Source of the DNA: Eledone cirrhosa
Lineage: Eukaryota
Assembly (NCBI GenBank): GCA_964016885.1
Contig: CAXHJY010000992.1
Location: 85,786 to 149,785, forward strand
Reading direction: 5' to 3'
Length of the DNA: 64,000 nt
Shown here: positions 1 to 13,487 of the stretch, piece after piece
Numbering within the stretch: position 1 is the first letter of the stretch
Layout of the letters: the number at the start of each line of letters is the position of its first letter
Notes under the pieces: generated by a model
What the model was told of the DNA's origin: nothing
Database searches by the model: none
What the model saw: only the letters and a program-made list of their open reading frames with translations
Made by a program: the position numbers and the translations under genes

Positions 1-3000
1 TACACAACAGAGACAGAAGTAGACACAACAGAGACAGAAGTAGACACAACAGAGACAGAAGTACACAACAGAGACAGAAGTACACACAACAGAGACAGAA
101 GTACACAACAGAGACAGAAGTAGACACAACAGAGACAGAAGTAGACACAACAGAGACAGAAGTACACACAACAGAGACAGAAGTACACACAACAGAAACA
201 GAAGTAGACACAACAGAAACAGAAGTACACAACAGAGACAGAAGTACACAACAGAGACAGAAGTACACAACAGAGACAGAAGTACACAACAGAGACAGAA
301 GTAGACACAACAGAGACAGAAGTAGACACAACAGAGACAGAAGTACACACAACAGAGACAGAAGTACACACAAAAGAGACAGAAGTACACACAACAGAGA
401 CAGAAGTAGACACAACAGAGACAGAAGTAGACACAACAGAGACAGAAGTAGACACAACAGAGACAGAAGTACACACAACAGAGACAGAAGTACACACAAC
501 AGAGACAGAAGTACACACAACAGAGACAGAAGTAGACACAACAGAGACAGAAGTAGACACAACAGAGACAGAAGTACACACAACAGAAACAGAAGTAGAC
601 ACAACAGAAACAGAAGTACACAACAGAGACAGAAGTACACAACAGAGACAGAAGTACACAACAGAGACAGAATTAGACACAACAGAGACAGAAGTACACA
701 ACAGAGACAGAAGTAGACACAACAGAGACAGAAGTAGACACAACAGAGACAGAAGTACACACAACAGAGGCAGAAGTACACACAACAGAGACAGAAGTAC
801 ACACAACAGAGACAGAAGTAGACAACAGAGACAGAAGTAGACAACAGAGACAGAAGTACACAACAGAGACAGAAGTACACACAACAGAGACAGAAGTAGA
901 CACAACAGAGAGAGAAGTAGACACAACAGAGACAGAATTACACGCAACAGAGACAGAAGTAGACTCAACAGAGACAGAAGTAGACACAACAGAGACAGAA
1001 GTACACACAACAGAGACAGAAGTACACAACAGAGACGGAAGTACACGCAACAGAGACAGAAGTAGACACAACAGAGACAGAAGTAGACACAACAGAGACA
1101 GAAGTAGACAACAGAGACAGAAGTACACAACAGAGACAGAAGTACACGCAACAGAGACAGAAGTAGACACAACAGAGACAGAAGTAGACACAACAGAGAC
1201 AGAAGTACACGCAACAGAGACAGAAGTAGACACAACAGAGACAGAAGTAGACACAACAGAAACAGAAGTACACACAACAGAGACAGAAGTACACACAACA
1301 GAGACAGAAGTACACACAACAGAGACAGAAGTACACAACAGAGACAGAAGTAGACACAACAGAGACAGAAGTAGACACAACAGAGACAGAAGTAGACACA
1401 ACAGAGACAGAAGTACACACAACAGAGACAGAAGTAGACACAACAGAGACAGAAGTAGACACAACAGAAACAGAAGTACACACAACAGATACAGAAGTAC
1501 ACACAACAGAGACAGAAGTACACAACAGAGACAGAAGTAGACACAACAGAGACAGAAGTACACAACAGAGACAGAAGTAGACACAACAGAGACAGAAGTA
1601 GACACAACAGAGACAGAAGTAGACACAACAGAGACAGAAGTACACACAACAGAGAGAGAAGTAGACAACAGAGACAGAAGTACACAACAGAGACAGAAGT
1701 AGACACAAGAGAGACAGAAGTAGACACAACAGAGACAGAAGTAGACAACAGAGAAAGAAGTACACACAACAGAGACAAAAGTAGACAACAGAGACAGAAG
1801 TAGACAACAGAGACAGAAGTAGACAACAGAGACAGAAGTAGACACAACAGAGACAGAAGTAGACACAACAGAGACAGAAGTACACAGCAGAGACAGAAGT
1901 ACACACAACAGAGACAGAAGTACACACAACAGAGACAGAAGTACACACAACAGAGACAGAAGTACACAACAGAGACAGAAGTACACAACAGAGACAGAAG
2001 TACACAACAGAGACAGAAGTAGACACAACAGAGACAGAAGTACACACAACAGAGACAGAAGTACACAACAGAGACAGAAGTACACACAACAGAGACAGAA
2101 GTAGACACAACAGAGACAGAAGTACACACAACAGAGACAGAAGTACACACAACAGAGACAGAAGTACACAACAGAGACAGAAGTACACACAACAGAGACA
2201 GAAGTAGACACAACAGAGACAGAAGTACACAACAGAGACAGAAGTACACACAACAGAGACAGAAGTACACACAACAGAGACAGAAGTACACACAACAGAG
2301 ACAGAAGTACACACAACAGAGACAGAAGTACACACAACAGAGACAGAAGTACACAACAGAGACAGAAGTAGACACAACAGAGACAGAAGTAGACAACAGA
2401 GACAGAAGTAGACAACAGAGACAGAAGTACACAACAGAGACAGAAGTACACACAACAGAGACAGAAGTACACACAACAGAGACAGAAGTAGACACAACAG
2501 AGACAGAAGTAGACACAACAGAGACAGAAGTAGACACAACAGAGAGAGAAGTAGACAACAGAGACAGAAGTACACAACAGAGACAGAAGTACACACAACA
2601 GAGACAGAAGTAGACACAACAGAGACAGAAGTACACACAACAGAGACAGAAGTACACACAACAGAGACAGAAGTACACACAACAGAGACAGAAGTAGACA
2701 CAACAGAGACAGAAGTACACACAACAGAGACAGAAGTACACAACAGAGACAGAAGTAGACACAACAGAGACAGAAGTAGACACAACAGAGACAGAAGTAG
2801 ACAACAGAGACAGAAGTACACACAACAGAGACAGAAGTAGACACAACAGAGACAGAAGTACACACAACAGAGACAGAAGAAGACACAACAGAGACAGAAG
2901 TACACAACAGAGACAGAAGTAGACACAACAGAGACAGAAGTACACACAACAGAGAGAGAAGTACACACAACAGAGACAGAAGTAGACACAACAGAGACAG

Positions 3001-6000
3001 AAGTAGACACAACAGAGACAGAAGTAGACACAACAGAGACAGAAGTAGACACAACAGAGACAGAAGTAGACACAACAGAGACAGAAGTACACAACAGAGA
3101 CAGAAGTAGACACAACAGAGACAGAAGTACACACAACAGAGAGAGAAGTAGACAACAGAGACAGAAGTACACAACAGAGACAGAAGTAGACACAACAGAG
3201 ACAGAAGTAGACACAACAGAGACAGAAGTACACAACAGAGACAGAAGTACACACAACAGAGACAGAAGTACACAACAGAGACAGAAGTAGACACAACAGA
3301 GACAGAAGTAGACACAACAGAGACAGAAGTACACACAACAGAGACAGAAGTACACACAACAGAAACAGAAGTAGACACAACAGAAACAGAAGTACACAAC
3401 AGAGACAGAAGTACACAACAGAGACAGAAGTACACAACAGAGACAGAAGTACACAACAGAGACAGAAGTAGACACAACAGAGACAGAAGTAGACACAACA
3501 GAGACAGAAGTACACACAACAGAGACAGAAGTACACACAAAAGAGACAGAAGTACACACAACAGAGACAGAAGTAGACACAACAGAGACAGAAGTAGACA
3601 CAACAGAGACAGAAGTAGACACAACAGAGACAGAAGTACACACAACAGAGACAGAAGTACACACAACAGAGACAGAAGTACACACAACAGAGACAGAAGT
3701 AGACACAACAGAGACAGAAGTAGACACAACAGAGACAGAAGTACACACAACAGAAACAGAAGTAGACACAACAGAAACAGAAGTACACAACAGAGACAGA
3801 AGTACACAACAGAGACAGAAGTACACAACAGAGACAGAATTAGACACAACAGAGACAGAAGTACACAACAGAGACAGAAGTAGACACAACAGAGACAGAA
3901 GTAGACACAACAGAGACAGAAGTACACACAACAGAGGCAGAAGTACACACAACAGAGACAGAAGTACACACAACAGAGACAGAAGTAGACACAACAGAGA
4001 CAGAAGTAGACACAACAGAGACAGAAGTAGACACAACAGAGACAGAAGTAGACACAACAGAGACAGAAGTAGACACAACAGAGACAGAAGTAGACACAAC
4101 AGAGACAGAAGTAGACACAACAGAGACAGAAGTAGACACAACAGAGACAGAAGTACACACAACAGAGACAGAAGTACACAACAGAGACAGAAGTACACAC
4201 AACAGAGACAGAAGTAGACACAACAGAGACAGAAGTAGACACAACAGAAACAGAAGTACACACAACAGAGACAGAAGTAGAGAGCCGAGACAGAAGTACA
4301 CAACAGAGACAGAAGTAGACACAACAGAGACAGAAGTACACACAACAGAGACAGAAGTAGACACAACAGAGACAGAAGTAGACACAACAGAGACAGAAGT
4401 AGACACAACAGAGACAGAAGTAGACACAACAGAGACAGAAGTAGACACAACAGAGACAGAAGTACACACAACAGAGACAGAAGTACACACAACAGAGACA
4501 GAAGTACACACAACAGAGACAGAAGTACACAACAGAGACAGAAGTAGACACAACAGAGACAGAAGTAGACACAACAGAGACAGAAGTACACAACAGAGAC
4601 AGAAGTACACAACAGAGACAGAAGTACACACAACAGAAACAGAAGTACACACAACAGAGACAGAAGTACACACAACAGAGACAGAAGTACACAACAGAGA
4701 CAGAAGTAGACACAACAGAGACAGAAGTACACAACAGAGACAGAAGTACACAACAGAGACAGAAGTAGACAACAGAAACAGAAGTACACACAACAGAAAC
4801 AGAAGTACACACAACAGAGACAGAAGTACACAACAGAGACAGAAGTAGACAACAGAAACAGAAGTACACACAACAGAGACAGGAGTACACAACAGAGACA
4901 GAAGTACACAACAGAGACAGAAGTAGACACAACAGAGACAGAAGTAGACAACAGAAACAGAAGTACAGAGCAGAGACAGAAGTACACAGCAGAGACAGAA
5001 GTACACACAACAGAGACAGAAGTACACAACAGAGACAGAAGTACACAACAGAAACAGAAGTACACAACAGAAACAGAAGTAGACAACAGAGACAGTAGTA
5101 CACAACAGAGACAGAAGTACACAACAGAGACAGAAGTACACAACAGAGACAGAAGTAGACACAACAGAGACATAAGTAGACACAACAGAGACATAAGTAG
5201 ACACAACAGAGACAGAAGTAGACACAACAGAGACAGAAGTAGACACAACAGAGCAAGAAGTAGACAACAGAGACAGAAGTAGACACAACAGAGACAGAAG
5301 TAGACACAACAGAGACAGAAGTACACAACAGAGAGAGAAGTAGGCACAACATAGATAGAAGTACACAACAGAGACAGAAGTACACAACAGAGAGAGAAGT
5401 ACACAACAGAGAGAGAAGTACACAACAGAGACAGAAGTACACACAACAGAGACAGAAGTACACAACAGAGACAGAAGTACACAACAGAGACAGAAGTACA
5501 CAACAGAGACAGAAGTACACACAACAGAGACAGAAGTAGACACAACAGAGACAGAAGTCGACACAACAGAGACAGAAGCACACAACATAGACAGAAGTAC
5601 ACAACAGAGACAGAAGTACACAACAGAGAGAGAAGTAGACACAACAGAGACAGAAGTACACAACAGAGACAGAAGTACACAACAGAGAGAGAAGTACACA
5701 ACAGAGAGAGAAGTACACAACAGAGAGAGAAGTAGACACAACAGAGACAGAAGTACACAACAGAGACAGAAGTAGACACAACAGAGGCAGAAGTACACAC
5801 AACAGAGACAGAAGTACACAACAGAGACAGAAGTACACAACAGAGACAGAAGTTGACACAACAGAGACAGAAGTACACACAACAGAGACAGAAGTAGACA
5901 CAACAGAGACAGAAGTAGACACAACAGAGACAGAAGTACACAACAGAGACAGAAGTACACACGACAGAGACAGAAGTACACAACAGAGGCAGAAGTACAC

Positions 6001-6788
6001 ACAACAGAGACAGAAGTAGACACAACAGAGACAGAAGTACACACAACAGAGACAGAAGTACACACAACAGAGACAGAAGTACACACAACAGAGACAGAAG
6101 TACACACAACAGAGACAGAAGTAAACACAACAGAGACAGAAGTACACAACAGAGACAGAAGTACACAACAGAGACAGAAGTACACAACAGAGACAGAAGT
6201 ACACACAACAGAGACAGAAGTACACAACAGAGACAGAAGTACACAACTGAGACAGAAGTACACAACAGAGACAGAAGTATACACAACAGAGACAGAAGTA
6301 CACACAACAGAGACAGAAGTAGACAACAGAGACATAATTAGACACAGGGACAGAAGTAGACAGCAGAGACAGAAGTACACACAACAGAGACAGAAGTACA
6401 CAAAACAGAGACAGAAGTACACACAACAGAGACAGAAGTAGACACAAGAGAGACAGAAGTACACAACAGAGACAGAAGTACACACAACAGAGACAGAAGT
6501 ACACACAACAGAGACAGAAGTACACACAACAGAGACAGAAGTACACACAACAGAGACAGAAGTACACACAACAGAGACAGAAGTACACACAACAGAGACA
6601 GAAGTACATACAACAGAGACAGAAGTAGACACAACAGAGACAGAAGTAGACAACAGAAACAGAAGTACACACAACAGAGACAGAAGTACACAACAGAGAC
6701 AGAACTACACACAACAGAGACAGAAGTACACACAACAGAGACAGAAGTACACAACAGAGACAGAAGTAGACACAACAGAGACAGAAGT
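1..6788. repeat. Minisatellite, mixed 21/19-bp units (TA[C/G]ACACAACAGAGACAGAAG), runs off the window start
   Basis: Direct tandem repeat; one T per unit on the + strand; explains the long minus-strand [20 protein letters not shown] ORFs. Confidence 0.98.
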
Positions 6789-6806
6789 CTCTGATCTTTG
6801 TGTGTA

Positions 6807-6848
<42 letters not shown>

Positions 6849-6945
6849 TATATATAAAACTGATGCTGTCTGTGTGTATATATATATATATATATACATA
6901 TATATATGTATATATATATATATACAAGAAAATATATGTATATAT

Positions 6946-6994
<49 letters not shown>

Positions 6995-7018
6995 TATATA
7001 TATAAAACTGTAGTTGTC

Positions 7019-7074
<56 letters not shown>

Positions 7075-7329
7075 TGTAGTTGTGTGTGTGTCCTCATTTT
7101 TGCAAAGTCTATACAAATCCACATTTCAACTCCAATTGACATCAAACTTACATTTATATATTCCTTGCGGTCTAAAGATATTAACTGCAGCTTTTATTTT
7201 TCAAATTTTCAAATTTATGTTGTTAAAGGGGTGTTAAGCGCCGGTTATACATCTCCGTCGCACCCTTATAATATCTGTCTGTATGCCTGGCTGTCTGCAT
7301 TACGACATTCTGACGAACATTGGTGACGT

Positions 7330-7525
7330 ATTATGTTTGCTATTATCCGTTCATTGCCAGGGAACGTCTTCACGAACCAAAGTATCGTCTTCCTGTCTTC
7401 CTTCGGTTGCAACGTTTTTCAAAATATTTACTTCTGTGTTCACAGATTGATTTTTTTAGTTTCAGAAGATCCCATTAAGGATGAAAGCAGCGATTCTTTG
7501 CTTAAACTTTAATCTGTTATTTTAA
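7330..7525 (+). mobile_element. Orphan pseudo-LTR-like fragment, same family as 27900-28100 and 30740-30867
   Basis: Closely similar to the other two copies (cacgaaccaaagtatcgtcttcctgtcttcc...gaagatccc...gaaagcagcgatt); carries a hammerhead-like motif. Confidence 0.65.
7442..7517 (+). ncRNA. Type I hammerhead-like motif with CAGAAGA core variant (copy 1)
   Basis: AGTTT-CAGAAGA-stem II-GAAA-GCA..TGCT-T-AAACT, plus distal ACAGATT/AATCTGT helix. Confidence 0.55.
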
Positions 7526-7526
7526 T

Positions 7527-8230
7527 ATATAATATAAGCGAGGCAAGCCAGCCCAGTTGCCACTTCTTGCCAATAAACATTAACCCTTTGTGCGCCATTC
7601 ATCTAACTGTAGACCAACAAATACCAACTAAACGGAGCATTGACAAGAACGATGGCGAATGAATCTTCGAGGTAAGCAGTTTCCCCCCAAGCTGTTACTT
7701 CCTGCGGGATTCTCTGCTACACCTTTTCGTAATAATACCGAACAACGTACTGCTGGTCACTCCTTCCTCCAAAAGCCGTACAAAGTGGACATGTGCATCG
7801 GGTAGATGGATCGGGTGCAAATCTACACCTGGCCTATGCGAGAAATTCGCAAGGGACTGCACCGAGAGGGATAGGGAGAAAGAGTAACTTAGTGGAAAGA
7901 GTGCAAATGAACTTTTGAGGTAAGTAGCCTACGCCTTACTGCTATGACACTGGAACCTTCTGCCAACTTAAACTGTGACTTTCTCTTTCACATTTACTCC
8001 AAAAGGCCAAAACAGAGGAGTATGAAAAGAAGGGGCTCAACAATATTTCTATGAACAATGCACGTAGACAGCTAAACTGTACTTTCAACTTCTTAATTTT
8101 CTCCAAATAAAACAAGTTTCCTGTCGGTATATTTTCGTGAGTTTTTAACAGGCACTCACAAATAAACGTTTCTCATTGGAGGTGCTATTACCAATGTTCT
8201 TACCCGTGCAACGCCGGGATACACTGCTAG
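7527..8230 (+). mobile_element. Non-autonomous Helitron (3' end firm, 5' end approximate)
   Basis: Hairpin CCCGTGCAACGCCGGG (8203-8218), then CTAG (8227-8230) followed by T; same terminal motif as 28295-28323. Confidence 0.7.
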
Positions 8231-8308
8231 TATGTAATAACATGATAAAGTCAATTATTGGCCTTTCTTAATGAGAGGAATGTCAATGATGTGTTACCTT
8301 CCACTAAT

Positions 8309-9962
8309 ATTAAGGCTGTGGGGAAGTGGAGAGCTGTGGGATTAAGGTAATGGGAAAATGGAGAGTTGTGGGATTAAGGTAATGGGGAAATAGAGAGCTG
8401 TGGGATTAAGGTAATGGGGAAATGGAGAGCTGTGGGATTAAGGTAATGGGGAAGTGGAGAGCTGTGGGATTAAGGTAATGAGGAAGTGGAGAGTTGTGGA
8501 GATTAAGGTAATGGGGAAGTGGAGAGCTGTGAGATTAAGGTAATGGGGAAATGGAGAGCTGTGGGATTAAGGTAATGGGGAAGTGGAGAGCTGTGGGATT
8601 AAGGTAATGGGGAAGTGGAGAGTTGTGGAGATTAAGGTAATGGGGAAGTGGAGAGCTGTGGAGATTAAGGTAATGGGGAAATGGAGAGCTGTGGATATTA
8701 AGGTAATGGGGAAATGGAGAGCTGTGGGATTAAGGTAATGAGGAAGTGGAGAGCTGTGGGATTAAGGTAATGGGGAAATGGAGAGCTGTGGAGATTAAGG
8801 TAATGGGGAAATGGAGAGCTGTGGAGATTAAGGTAATGGGGAAGTGGAGAGCTGTGGGATTAAGGTAATGAGGAAGTGGAGAGTTGTGGAGATTAAGGTA
8901 ATGGGGAAATGGAGAGCTGTGAGATTAAGGTAATGGGGAAATGGAGAGCTGTGGGATTAAGGTAATGAGGAAGTGGAGAGCTGTGGGATTAAGGTAATGG
9001 GGAAATGGAGAGCTGTGGAGATTAAGGTAATGGGGAAATGGAGAGCTGTGGAGATTAAGGTAATGGGAAGTGGAGAGTTGTGGAGATTAAGGTAATGAGG
9101 AAGTGGAGAGCTGTGGGATTAAGGTAATGAGGAAGTGGAGAGTTGTGGAGATTAAGGTAATGGGGAAATGGAGAGCTGTGGAGATTAAGGTAATGGGGAA
9201 ATGGAGAGCTGTGGAGATTAAGGTAATGGGAAGTGGAGAGTTGTGGAGATTAAGGTAATGAGGAAGTGGAGAGTTGTGGAGATTAAGGTAATGGGAAGTG
9301 GAGAGTTGTGGAGATTAAGGTAATGGGGAAATGGAGAGCTGTGGGATTAAGGTAATGGGGAAATGGAGAGCTGTGGGATTAAGGTAATGGGGAAATGAAG
9401 AGCTGTGGGATTAAGGTAATGGGAAAATGGAAAGTTGTGGAGATTAAGGTAATGGGGAAGTGGAGAGCTGTGGGATTAAGGTAATGGGGAAATGGAGAGC
9501 TGTGGGATTAAGGTAATGGGGAAATGGAGAGTTGTGGAGATTAAGGTAATGGGGAAATGGAGAGCTGTGGGATTAAGGTAATGGGGAAATGGAGAGCTGT
9601 GGGATTAAGGTAATGGGGAAATGGAGAGCTGTGGGATTAAGGTAATGGGGAAATGGAGAGTTGTGGAGATTAAGGTAATGGGAAGTGGAGAGTTGTGGAG
9701 ATTAAGGTAATGAGGAAGTGGAGAGTTGTGGAGATTAAGGTAATGGGGAAATGGAGAGTTGTGGAGATTAAGGTAATGGGGAAATGGAGAGCTGTGGAGA
9801 TTAAGGCTGTGGGGAAATGGAGAGCTGTGGAGATTAAGGCTGTGGGGAAATGGAGAGTTGTGGAATTAAGGCTGTGGGGAAATGGAGAGCTGTGGGATTA
9901 AGGTAATGGGGGAAATGGAGAGTTGTGGAGATTAAGGTAATAGGGAAATGGAGAGTTGTGGA
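8309..9962. repeat. G-rich minisatellite, 32/33-bp unit (ATTAAGGTAATGGGGAAATGGAGAGCTGTGG[G/AG])
   Basis: Direct tandem repeat. Confidence 0.97.
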
Positions 9963-10142
9963 AGTCATTCTTTCTTAGCAATCGTTGCAGATGTAAATGA
10001 AAATCATAACAGTTGTATAATCTGTCTGCCCCCTCTATGAAATATGAATCATCATCATCACCGTTTTACATCCATTCTTCCACGCTAGCATGGGTTACAT
10101 ATATACACATATAGATATACATGCATATATATATACAGAGGC

Positions 10143-10183
<41 letters not shown>

Positions 10184-10185
10184 TA

Positions 10186-12545
10186 CAGGGTTGCTCAGTT
10201 CTTTGAGGACATGTCTTTTAATAGCTCTAACTGTGAAGACATGTCTTTCAATAGCTCTAACTGTGAGGACATGTCTTTCAATAGCTCTAACTGTGAGGAC
10301 ATGTCTTTCAATAGCTCTAACTGTGAAGACATGTCTTTCAATAGCTCTAACTGTGAGGACATGTCTTTCAATAGCTCTAACTTTGAGGACATGTCTTTCA
10401 ATAGCTCTAACTTTGAGGACATGTCTTTCAATAGCTCTAACTGTGAAGACATGTCTTTCAATAGCTCTAACTTTGAGGACATGTCTTTCAATAGCTCTAA
10501 CTGTGAAGACATGTCTTTCAATAGCTCTAACTGTGAGGACATGTCTTTTAATAGCTCTAACTTTGAGGACATGTCTTTCAATAGCTCTAACTGTGAGGAC
10601 ATGTCTTTCAATAGCTCTAACTGTGAGGACATGTCTTTCAATAGCTCTAACTGTGAGGACATGTCTTTCAATAGCTCTAACTTTGAGGACATGTCTTTTA
10701 ATAGCTCTAACTTTGAGGATGTCTTTCAATAGCTCTAACTGTGAAGACATGTCTTTCAATAGCTCTAACTTTGAGGACATGTCTTTTAATAGCTCTAACT
10801 TTGAGGACGTCTTTCAATAGCTCTAACTTTGAGGACATGTCTTTTAATAGCTCTAACTTTGAGGATATGTCTTTCAATAGCTCTAACTGTGAAGACATGT
10901 CTTTCAATAGCTCTAACTGTGAAGACATGTCTTTCAATAGCCCTAACTTTGAGGATATGTCTTTCAATAGCTCTAACTGTGAAGACATGTCTTTTAATAG
11001 CTCTAACTTTGAGGACATGTCTTTTAATAGCTCTAACTTTGAGGACATGTCATTCAATAGCTCTAACTGTGAGAACATGTCTTTCAATAGCTCTAACTTT
11101 GAGAACATGTCTTTTAATAGCTCTAACTGTGAGGACGTTTTTCAATAGCTCTAACTTTGAGGACATGTCTTTTAATAGCTCTAACTTTGAGGACATGTCT
11201 TTCAATAGCTCTAACTGTGAAGACATGTCTTTTAATAGCTCTAACTTTGAGGACATGTCTTTTAATAGTTCTAACTGTGAGGACATGTCTTTCAATAGCT
11301 CTAACTTTGAGGACATGTCTTTTAATAGCTCTAACTGTGAGAACATGTCTTTCAATAGCTCTAACTTTGATGACATGTCTTTTAATAGCTCTAACTTTGA
11401 GGACATGTCTTTCAATAGCTCTAACTGTGAGGACATGTCTTTCAATAGCTCTAACTGTGATGACATGTCTTTCAATAGCTCTAACTTTGAGGACCTGTCT
11501 TTCAATAGCTTTAACTTTGTGGACCTGTCTTTCAATAGCTTTAACTTGTTCTGATTATCATTTCTTTTCAGATAAATGATAACAGACATCAAGCTAACTC
11601 AGTAAAAGAAAAGACACGCTGTAATCATTGCCTTAAAGACACATCATAGTGATTTAGAGATTGCTCACTTCCTGAAAGTTACATGGTTATTAGTTACAAA
11701 TTTTTCAAAAGCTGGAAGTCAGTGACTGGGGTTTTACAGTGGTAGCTAGACATAAAACACCTGCTAAGGGTCCTATTACCATCAGAACATCCAATTTTGT
11801 ATGAAAGATGCAGAAAATTACCAATAAGAACCCCTGAAAGTCAATTAGTGCCATTGCTAAGGAGCTCAAGGTTTCAAGGCACACAATAGGAAGAATTGTT
11901 CACGAGGACCTTTGCTACAAGTCATAAGTGATGCAGAGAGAGGCCAATCCATGTCTGCAAAGACAAAAGATAACTGTCTGATCTGCACAAAGCACTTGTT
12001 GGGCAAGTTGAAACATCAAGAGCCTGGAATGCTTTGGTTATTCTCTGATGAAAAACACTTTGATCAGGACCAAAAGGTCAACTGAAGGAATGATAGATGG
12101 TCATGCAGAGACCCTAAAGATGTTCCAATGGTCATCCACCCAAACTTTCTGACCACTGTGATGGTTCTGGGAGTCATGAGCAAGAAGGGAGATGTCATGC
12201 CTTCTCACTTCTTTCCTTAGGGTTTAGGGGTTAATGCTGCTGACTACAAGGAGGTGTTGGAGAAAGTTGTGAGACCTTGGATAGAGAGTGTGAGCAAGGG
12301 AAGACCATACACCTACCAACAAGACAGTGTGCCTTCTCATAAGTCCAAGATGACCCAAGAATCAATAAGTTATAATCTCCACAATAATATCACCCCAAAT
12401 AAATGACCTCCTAGCTCTCCAGACCTGAACCTATTAGACTACTATGGGACATAGTCAAGAGGGAAGTCAATTAATGCCCTCATAACTTTATAATATCAAT
12501 TAATGCCTTAAGTAGCACAATGTCCAACATAGATAGAGATCTTAT
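10186..12545 (+). mobile_element. Decayed Tc1/mariner transposon, DD37D (maT) family
   Basis: TA|CAGGGTTG TIR-like start at 10186; manual translation of ~11575-12490 gives SISAIAKELKVSRHTIGRIVHEDL, FSDEKHFDQDQKVN*RNDRW, VMVLGVMS, QQD-x37-D in PPSSPDLNLLDY; several stops; right TIR not found. Confidence 0.88.
10201..11547. repeat. 30-bp minisatellite (CT[G/T]TGAGGACATGTCTTTCAATAGCTCTAA) inside the transposon's 5' region
   Basis: Direct tandem repeat, about 45 units. Confidence 0.98.
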
Positions 12546-12669
12546 GTAACCAGGTCATTGAAATATATAGTGTTTTGTAATAATAAAACTTTAAAGGAAC
12601 ATCACCAGTCTGACCTCTTGTTATTTTAATCAAACTAATACACACACACATTCTATAATTTTTATTTAC

Positions 12670-12935
12670 TAGGTTCAGCCATAAGATTGTAGTCTTGCTG
12701 TGTCATTTAAGGGATTTAGATGATCAACTCCAATACTTTCCTCAAGACTAGTACTTTATTGATATCTTCATGTCACAGTGCTAAGTTACTGGAGACAAAC
12801 AAACTGAGATACACAAGTGTGCACACACATATATATATATACAACAGGCTTCTACACAGTTTCTATCTACCAAATTTCACTCATAAGGAATTAATCAACT
12901 CATTACTATACTAGATGACACTTGCCCAAGAGACA
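12670..12935 (-). mobile_element. Degenerate SINE-like fragments (related pieces at 14770-14925 and 15190-15265)
   Basis: 12845-12930 resembles 14770-14850 (ggcttct-cacagtttct-tc-accaaa...gacac); recalled resemblance to octopus SINE bodies, not verified. Confidence 0.45.
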
Positions 12936-13067
12936 AGCCAAAACAACATACATACACATATACCTACATACATATATACCCATATACACACACAAACATA
13001 CATATATACCCATATATACACACATACACATAAATGTACACACACCACACACACTATATATGTCTTG

Positions 13068-13142
<75 letters not shown>

Positions 13143-13145
<3 letters not shown>

Positions 13146-13487
13146 AGGCACATGGCTTAGTGGTTAGAGCATTGGCCTTGCAATCGAAAGGTTGCGAGTT
13201 CAATTTCTCAGACCGGGTGATGTGTTGTTTCCTTGAGCAAGACACTTTATTTCACATTGCTCCAGTTTACTCAGCTGTAGAAATGAGATGATAGTTACTG
13301 GGGTCCCTATCATTCCACTGTAAAGTGGTCGTGGAGGTGCCATGGCATAAAAGCACCCAGCACTCACTGTAAATGAGGTTGGTGTTAGGAAGGGCATCCA
13401 GCTGTAGAAATCAAGCCACAATCAGTTCCCGTCCCACCCTTTCAAAGCAGGGAAAAGCAGACGTAAAATGATGATGATGATGATGAT
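13143..13487 (+). mobile_element. tRNA-derived SINE with RTE-type tail
   Basis: A box TGGCTTAGTGG, B-box-like GAGTTCAATT, central CCTTGAGCAAGACACTT, tail matching RTE 3' ends in this window, (ATG)n terminus. Confidence 0.85.

Noticed and set aside
673-7122. 2149-aa, 1780-aa and 944-aa Cys/Leu/Val ORFs
   Set aside because: Produced by a minisatellite strand nearly free of stop codons; all three frames are open
8309-11547. CRISPR-like 30-33-bp periodicity
   Set aside because: Head-to-tail repeats without unique spacers; no cas genes; eukaryotic context
10085-11592. EDMSFNSSNC and ELLKDMSSQL repeat proteins
   Set aside because: Translations of the 30-bp minisatellite with frame switches and no splice context
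13143-13215. tRNA gene
   Set aside because: No complete cloverleaf; continues into SINE body and LINE-type tail
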